Source: Nitrospira sp.
GTDB lineage: Bacteria > Nitrospirota > Nitrospiria > Nitrospirales > Nitrospiraceae
Direction: 5' to 3'
DNA length: 64,000 nucleotides
Assembly: GCA_047150005.1 (NCBI GenBank)
Contig: AP038806.1
Coordinates: 2,304,001 to 2,368,000, forward strand
Below are positions 58,660 to 64,000 of the stretch, piece after piece. The position numbers were made by a program, and so were the translations under genes. Position 1 is the stretch's first letter. Each line of letters opens with the position of its first letter. The notes beneath the pieces were generated by a model. It was not told the origin of the DNA. It worked only from the letters and a program-made list of their open reading frames with translations, and made no database searches.

Positions 58660-60027
58660 TTATTGCTGATTGTGCTTGGGGATACCGCCGGAGCCCGGTT
58701 CGTGTTGTGCTTGGGACTGCCGATATGAATCGTGGGCCATCGAGATTGCCCGTTCGAACACGATGGTATTGTTCATCGAAGCAGCGAGCAGGAGCAAGGC
58801 TCCGAGCGCCAGAGCAACCGGTCGCGCAGGAGTGAGCGTGCCGGCTGCGGCAACGAGGATAAGGAAGGGCATGAAATGCAAGCCATAAAGAAAGGTCTCA
58901 TCGCCGTAGAAGATGTGCAACATCACCTGGCCGAGCAGCGTGAGCCCCAACATGACGCGAAATCGCGCATGCTCTTTCAGTTGAACCCACGCCCACACTC
59001 CCAGAAGGAGAAGCCCCACCCAGAGCGCGACGGCAAACAGTCCCCATCCGGATCCCGACCCCGCTGACGACCCCTGAATCGTCAAACGTGGCCCCAGGAG
59101 CACCTGATAGCCCTTCGCCCAGACATATGACGCCTGTTGACTGTGGGCGACAATGGTCGGCATGACGATCGAGTGAAGTAACGCGGCCCGTGCAACATGA
59201 AATGCCCCTCCCGACTCGGGAAGCAGGGTCCACCGGACTTCGTTCGAGACGTTCGGGAAGAAAAACGACCTTGAGGGAATCAAGGCCTTCTGGACCATCC
59301 ATAGCACCATCACAAGGCAAAATGAATACAGCATGAGCCGCACAACACGCTTCCAAGGGTATGTCACCCACAGAGCCAAGATTCCGGCCATCCAGTTGGT
59401 TGTCGTGACACTCATCGATAACGCATTTGCCGCGACGTACCAACCGGGAGCGGACGGCGTACATTCAGCCGATGCGACCAACAAGAAGGCGCATAACAGG
59501 CTGAGCGAACCCAAACCATATGTCTCGGGGATCACGAATATGAAGACCGAGGATGCGGTTACGGACGCCAGCATGGTGAAGAGCGCTGCATCCGGTCGCC
59601 GGCAGCCAATCAATCTCAATAACGCAAAGAAGACGGCGATCCACACCGACACAACCGCCGCGTTAAAGATCCTCACCGCCGTCATCGGGTCCAGGGAAAG
59701 CGCATGTTTGATGAGGTAGACCGGCCCGAACGTCAACAGCGGATAGAGCGGGTGCTTGCGGCTCCGGTTCCCGTAGTGAAATCTGGAGTCACGCGAGGTC
59801 ATGACCTGAGACACTTTTTCCGGGTCAGCCTGGAACCAATAATCATCGGTGTGCGCGATGAAAGCCGGCAGGGAGCCGGAAAGGTGATAGAGGGCGAATG
59901 CGATTCCCAAGCTCAAGACCAGCCCAAGACCTACGTCCTGCCAGTATGACGCGAGAACGCTTCGCCGTCCGACAGCGGAATCCGTCTCGTCCTTCAGCGC
60001 TGATGGAGCGCCATACAAGTCGTGCAT
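58660..60027 (-). CDS. Polytopic membrane protein, possibly GT-C glycosyltransferase-like
   Basis: About 10-11 TM segments with loop motifs DYWFQAD, KHPLY, IPETY; family not certain. Confidence 0.55.
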   Translation of the reverse strand: MHDLYGAPSALKDETDSAVGRRSVLASYWQDVGLGLVLSLGIAFALYHLSGSLPAFIAHTDDYWFQADPEKVSQVMTSRDSRFHYGNRSRKHPLYPLLTFGPVYLIKHALSLDPMTAVRIFNAAVVSVWIAVFFALLRLIGCRRPDAALFTMLASVTASSVFIFVIPETYGLGSLSLLCAFLLVASAECTPSAPGWYVAANALSMSVTTTNWMAGILALWVTYPWKRVVRLMLYSFCLVMVLWMVQKALIPSRSFFFPNVSNEVRWTLLPESGGAFHVARAALLHSIVMPTIVAHSQQASYVWAKGYQVLLGPRLTIQGSSAGSGSGWGLFAVALWVGLLLLGVWAWVQLKEHARFRVMLGLTLLGQVMLHIFYGDETFLYGLHFMPFLILVAAAGTLTPARPVALALGALLLLAASMNNTIVFERAISMAHDSYRQSQAQHEPGSGGIPKHNQQ

Positions 60028-60140
60028 TGAATGTTCGTCACCTCGCTTGGTTAAGAATAGCCCACAGTTCGTGACGATCCTAATGAAAAGAGGTTCATAT
60101 TCGAATCATGACTTAAACCGAAATTGGGATCAAGATAGGG

Positions 60141-60170
60141 TTGACAGTGGGACTGCAACCGAATGAAAAT
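60141..60170 (+). promoter_or_regulatory. Putative sigma70 promoter of tRNA-Thr
   Basis: TTGACA-N18-GAAAAT. Confidence 0.45.
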
Positions 60171-60178
60171 GCAGTCGC

Positions 60179-60254
60179 GCCGGCGTAGCTCAGTTGGTAG
60201 AGCAGCGGTTTCGTAAACCGCAGGTCGCCCGTTCAATCCGGGTCGCCGGCTCCA
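60179..60254 (+). tRNA. tRNA-Thr (CGT)
   Basis: Acceptor GCCGGCG/CGCCGGC, D-arm GCTC..GAGC, anticodon arm GCGGT-TTCGTAA-ACCGC, TTCAATC loop, encoded CCA. Confidence 0.96.
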
Positions 60255-60422
60255 TTACCTTCCATACCTTCCACGGAATTTCAGGCAGTTGCACGGATGG
60301 TCCGGTCTGTGGATTCCGTGGATAACTGCCTTCTGCTACCACTTTGCTACCGCGTATCCTGCTCCTCTTCCAATTGAGACCACCGCTACGACATGGTCCT
60401 GGCGTGGGCCAAGGAGGTGGCG

Positions 60423-60611
60423 ATGGCAGCCGAATCAGGGGAACCGATTGAACGCTGGACGGCCAAACGACGCATGGCATTGGTCGTGAGTATTCTGAAG
60501 GGTGAGACCTCGGTGGCCGAGGCGGCCCGGCAGCACGGCCTGACCGTGGCGGAGGTGGAGGCGTGGCGAGCGTCCCGGACCAGCGGAGGCCTACCGAATT
60601 CGCCCTGCTGA
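60423..60611 (+). pseudogene. Truncated IS3-type OrfA / DUF1153-like HTH transposase fragment
   Basis: RWTAKRRMALVVSILKGETSVAEAARQHGLTVAEVEAW then diverges and stops; RBS AAGGAGG; no OrfB. Confidence 0.7.
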
Positions 60612-60679
60612 TCAGCCCAGGAACAAATCTCCGAGTGGAAATGTGTATTAATCAGGCCTTCCCTAGAAATTAAACCCAC

Positions 60680-60709
60680 TTGACTCATCAAAATATATTG
60701 ATATATTGT
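60680..60709 (+). promoter_or_regulatory. ars promoter with an overlapping ArsR-type operator
   Basis: TTGACT -35; palindrome ATCAA-AATATA-TTGAT (60687-60702); TATATT/TATTGT -10. Confidence 0.65.
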
Positions 60710-60714
60710 ACAGC

Positions 60715-61029
60715 ATGCCGCTCGCGGGAACCGTTAAAGCCGTCTCGCTCTTTCACGCCTTATCCGACGAGACGCGCCTCGCGTTGTTGGAAGAGTTGAA
60801 GGATGGCGAGCGGTGCGTGTGCGAACTCACCGAGGCGATGAAGGCGGGCCAGTCGCGGCTGTCGTTCCATCTCAAGGTGCTCAAAGATGCCGGCCTGATT
60901 CTGGATCGCCGGGAGGGGCGGTGGATGTACTACGCGATCAATCCCGAGGCGATTGAGGAACTGGAGGAGCTGGTGAGGACGCTGAAGCGCGCGGCCCGGT
61001 CGGCTGGGTCTGGCCGTCGGTGCTGTTGA
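60715..61029 (+). CDS. arsR: ArsR/SmtB-family arsenic-responsive repressor
   Basis: FHALSDETR, ERCVCEL, QSRLSFHLKVL, REGRWMYY, C-terminal CC. Confidence 0.88.
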   Translation: MPLAGTVKAVSLFHALSDETRLALLEELKDGERCVCELTEAMKAGQSRLSFHLKVLKDAGLILDRREGRWMYYAINPEAIEELEELVRTLKRAARSAGSGRRCC

Positions 61030-61049
61030 GTCTTTTTTGGTTCTCATGC

Positions 61050-61065
61050 ATCAACATTTCTTGAT
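61050..61065. promoter_or_regulatory. Second ATCAA-N6-TTGAT palindrome upstream of arsM
   Basis: ATCAA-CATTTC-TTGAT next to the RBS GGAGGT. Confidence 0.55.
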
Positions 61066-61078
61066 TGGAGGTGCCTCC

Positions 61079-61939
61079 ATGAACAGCCCAGACCACATTA
61101 AAGCGCACGTGCGAGCCGAATATGGTCAGGCGGCTCGCCAGGCCCAGACCGGCAAGCCGTCCTGTTGTGGAACGGGTCACCTGCTCGAAGGGGATGCTGT
61201 GGATCCAATCACCGGCAACCTCTACGGAGCCGAGGAGACCGTGGGATTGCCAACCGAGGCGCTGCGGGCTTCCTTTGGGTGCGGTAATCCAACCGCCTTA
61301 GCCAGCATTCAACCGGGAGAGACGGTGTTAGACCTGGGATCAGGCGGCGGGATCGACGCGCTGCTCTCGGCGCGGCGGGTGGGCCCGACCGGGAAGGTCT
61401 ATGGGCTGGATATGACCGACGAGATGCTGGTGCTGGCGCGAGAGAATCAGCGGAAGGCCGGCGTGACCAACGTCGAGTTTCTCAAGGGCGATATTGAGCA
61501 GATTCCGCTTCCCGACAATTCCGTCGATCTGATTATCTCCAACTGTGTCATCAACCTCTCGCCGGACAAAGACCGCGTGGCGACGGAGGCGTTTCGCGTC
61601 CTCAAGCCCGGCGGCCGTCTCGCGGTCTCCGACATCGTGATCCGCGGCGAGATGCCGGCTGAGATCCGCCACAGCGTGGAGCTGTGGGCAGGGTGTGTGG
61701 CGGGTGCATTGGAGGAGTCGGTCTACCGCGAGACCCTACAGCGGGCGGGGTTTGAACAAATCAGCATCGAGCCCACGCGGATCTATTCGGCGACAGACGC
61801 CCGTGACTTTCTCATCGGTACGGGGCTCGATGTCGAGACGGTGGCCCAAAACATCGACGGGAAATTCATGAGCGGGTTCGTCCGAGCCGTCAAACCGGCC
61901 TGGGCGAAGGCCTGTTGCGGTCCAAGCTGTTGTGCGTAG
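61079..61939 (+). CDS. arsM: Arsenite S-adenosylmethionine methyltransferase
   Basis: SCCG, SFGCGNP, LDLGSGGGID, ISNCVINL, WAGCVAGA, C-terminal CCGPSCC. Confidence 0.92.
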   Translation: MNSPDHIKAHVRAEYGQAARQAQTGKPSCCGTGHLLEGDAVDPITGNLYGAEETVGLPTEALRASFGCGNPTALASIQPGETVLDLGSGGGIDALLSARRVGPTGKVYGLDMTDEMLVLARENQRKAGVTNVEFLKGDIEQIPLPDNSVDLIISNCVINLSPDKDRVATEAFRVLKPGGRLAVSDIVIRGEMPAEIRHSVELWAGCVAGALEESVYRETLQRAGFEQISIEPTRIYSATDARDFLIGTGLDVETVAQNIDGKFMSGFVRAVKPAWAKACCGPSCCA

Positions 61940-61960
61940 GAGCGAGCAGGAGACCCGACA

Positions 61961-62251
61961 ATGGATGTCGCATTGACGGTTCCGGTTCCGCAGCCGGCCA
62001 AACGACTGAATCCCTTCGACCGCTATCTCACCCTCTGGGTGGTCGGCTGCATGCTCATGGGTGTCGGGTTTGGTCGGACGTTTCCAGGAATGGTCCAATA
62101 CCTCCGAACCTTGGAGATGGGCGAGGGCAGTCACATCAATCTGCCCATGGCCTTTCTGATCTGGTTGATGATCGTGCCGATGATGATGAAGGTCGAGCTG
62201 GCCTCGCTGCGTCTTGTCGGGCAGCGGCCGGCCGGCCTGGTCGTCACGCTC
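61961..62251 (+). pseudogene. acr3: Truncated Acr3 arsenite efflux permease
   Basis: KRL..FDRYLTLWV, NLP.A.LIWLMI.PMM.KV; similarity stops after GLVVTL (about 97 aa of a roughly 350-aa family). Confidence 0.85.
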
Positions 62252-62321
62252 TGTCAAGACCGAAGTTGGTTGTCCATCCATCACCGATGTGAGATGTCCC
62301 CTTTTCACCGGTGAGATTGTC
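62252..62321. mobile_element. Probable IS terminal inverted repeat at the acr3 breakpoint
   Basis: Begins TGTCAAG exactly at the truncation; three spaced copies: CCGAAGTTGGTTGTCC, CCGATGTGAGATGTCC, CCGGTGAGATTGTCC. Confidence 0.55.
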
Positions 62322-62699
62322 CTGTGATGTTTGTAGGACTCTACATACCAAGTACAGTCTGCTTTTGTCTGGTGGAAACCATCGCGCTGGGATGGAGCAT
62401 TCAGACTGCGGCGGAGTCATTGTCACAGACGAGCGGTCGCTCACCATCTCAGTGGATGGAACGTCTAAAAACATTTGGAAATCTGGAACGACCATTGAAG
62501 AGTCCCTCGCAGCAATGGCTTAGCAAATCCGGGTGACACCTACTTATTACCATCTGTTGGAAATAGGGGGCGAAGTCGCAGTCGAATTAAAACACGGGAT
62601 TGGACTCGAACCGGACAAACGGGGGAACCTCCACGATTTGCTCTTTATAATAGGCAAAAGTACTTGAAAATACCTAAAACTGCATAATATATTAGTCAC

Positions 62700-62969
62700 A
62701 TGCTTGATCTTTATTCGCTGGGGGGCAGGATCGCCGCAAGGCGCAAGAAGCTCAGACTAAGCCAAGCCGAACTGGCTCGGAAGTCATCTATTGGTCGCTC
62801 GACACTTGATGCATTGGAGAATGGCCGCATGGGTGAGCTGGGATTTTCTAAGATTACTAAAATTCTCTCAGCCCTTGGTATGGAGCTCAAACTACAAGAG
62901 ACAGGCTCACCAAGGCCGACTCTCGATCAACTCATGCAACGGGACCGCAATGATCAAAGTCTGGACTGA
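62700..62969 (+). CDS. hipB: HipB-like XRE HTH antitoxin
   Basis: RRKKLRLSQAELA....GRSTL..LENG; overlaps the hipA start. Confidence 0.82.
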   Translation: MLDLYSLGGRIAARRKKLRLSQAELARKSSIGRSTLDALENGRMGELGFSKITKILSALGMELKLQETGSPRPTLDQLMQRDRNDQSLD

Positions 62970-64000
62970 CGGAGCTGAAACCGGTCTGCTCGACCGATAC
63001 CGCGATCGGGGCAGTACATTTGTCTATCTGCCGGATACGAAACCACAGCGTGCTATCTCAGTGACCATGCCAGTGCGGCTGGCCTCCTGGGATATCAGTC
63101 TTGGTTTGCTGCCAATCTTCGAAATGAATCTTCCGGAAGGGGTTTTGCGCGAGCGCCTTCGCCTTGCCTTTGCCAAAGCCACCGGAACGTTTGACGAGTT
63201 CGACTTACTCTCTATCGTGGGTCGCTCTCAGGTGGGCCGCATCCGCTATACCGGCGACAAAGAGCAACTTCACGAAGACGTTCCCTTTCAGTCCGTGGAT
63301 GAGATCCTTGCGCGCCGAAGGGACGGGGATCTACTTCCTTACCTAATTGACAAATTTGCAATCTTCTCCGGCATTAGTGGCGTGCAGCCCAAAATCCTTG
63401 TGCGAGATGAGCAAGCATCAGTGGCCTTGAAGCGTTCTAAAACCCGTCTCTCCCAAAGTTATCGAGGCGCCACCCACATAGTAAAATTGTGGGAGACGAA
63501 CGAGTATCCGCAACTCGCTGCTAACGAGTATTTCTGCCTTAGAGTGGCACAGAGGTGTGGGCTCGAGGTGCCTCCCTACAGGCTGGCTGAAGATGGCATG
63601 GCCCTCGTTATTGATCGCTTCGATCTTGGAGAGGACGGAACCTATCGCGGCTTCGAGGATTTTTGCGTGCTCAATGCCCGAAGGACGGACGAAAAATATC
63701 GTGGCAGCTATGAGACCTCGATTTTGAAGCGGTTTCAAGAATTTGCGAACTCGCAGCATGTAAATGAAGATTTAGAAAAGCTTTTCACACTTATTGCACT
63801 TAACTGTGCCCTTCGCAACGGCGACGCACATTTGAAGAATTTCGGGATTGTCTATGACGATGTTCTCAAAGAAGCAAGGATTGCACCTGTCTATGATATC
63901 GTAACCACGACGGTTTACCTGCCCCGAGATAGTATGGCATTAACTCTTAACGGAACCACCAAATGGCCAAACGCTAAGGAACTCAGGAAGCTCGGGGAGA
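62950..64000 (+). CDS. hipA: HipA-family Ser/Thr kinase toxin (3'-partial; absent from the ORF track)
   Basis: Manual translation from ATG 62950: MIKVWTDG, ISVTMP, FEMNLPEG, ISGVQPK (P-loop), NEYFC, IDRFD, EDF, NGDAHLKNF, APVYD; open to the window end. Confidence 0.9.
   Translation, partial: MIKVWTDGAETGLLDRYRDRGSTFVYLPDTKPQRAISVTMPVRLASWDISLGLLPIFEMNLPEGVLRERLRLAFAKATGTFDEFDLLSIVGRSQVGRIRYTGDKEQLHEDVPFQSVDEILARRRDGDLLPYLIDKFAIFSGISGVQPKILVRDEQASVALKRSKTRLSQSYRGATHIVKLWETNEYPQLAANEYFCLRVAQRCGLEVPPYRLAEDGMALVIDRFDLGEDGTYRGFEDFCVLNARRTDEKYRGSYETSILKRFQEFANSQHVNEDLEKLFTLIALNCALRNGDAHLKNFGIVYDDVLKEARIAPVYDIVTTTVYLPRDSMALTLNGTTKWPNAKELRKLGE

Larger units (their letters stand above)
60255..64000. 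mobile_element. Left edge of a probable genomic island at tRNA-Thr
   Basis: Directly after the tRNA 3' end: repeats, IS remnant, ars genes, IS end, hipBA; visibly more AT-rich from about 62.3 kb; no integrase inside the window. Confidence 0.6.

Noticed and set aside
62311..62536. Two overlapping 70-aa ORFs after the acr3 break
   Set aside because: They start within the putative IS end, have no RBS or motifs, and are probably debris

Overview
This is a GC-rich bacterial chromosomal segment. Gene content points to a nitrite-oxidising Nitrospira (Nitrospirota), which is an inference, not a database result. Contents in order: (1) a fumarate reductase/SDH flavoprotein (5'-partial) and sucC-[lipoprotein]-sucD; (2) an accessory patch at about 3.9-11.3 kb (DUF72, MbfA-like iron exporter, PilZ-REC, an unannotated 41-aa membrane peptide, an outer-membrane barrel, a decayed hybrid kinase, ADH, cyclase); (3) ahcY and metK, divergent from a system II cytochrome c maturation operon; (4) bamD, fabH, and DUF47-PiT convergent with phoBR; (5) an isoprenoid/hopanoid supercluster (ispH, smc, shc, hpnG, mlaEFD, mlaC/hpnM, a POTRA-less Omp85, dxs, ispG, tRNA-Cys, hpnH); (6) a 12-kb respiratory operon with two CydA-like subunits but no CydB, a PRC-Rieske/cytochrome b pair, five c-type cytochromes and an EBDH-gamma/NxrC-like protein; (7) ubiA, a catalytically dead caspase-like lipoprotein and a membrane protein; (8) tRNA-Thr followed by an island edge (IS remnant, arsR-arsM-truncated acr3, an IS end, hipBA). 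The best candidates for under-described systems are the hopanoid-linked Mla/Omp85 lipid export module and the twin bd-like oxidase/bc supercomplex operon. No CRISPR array or rRNA was seen.
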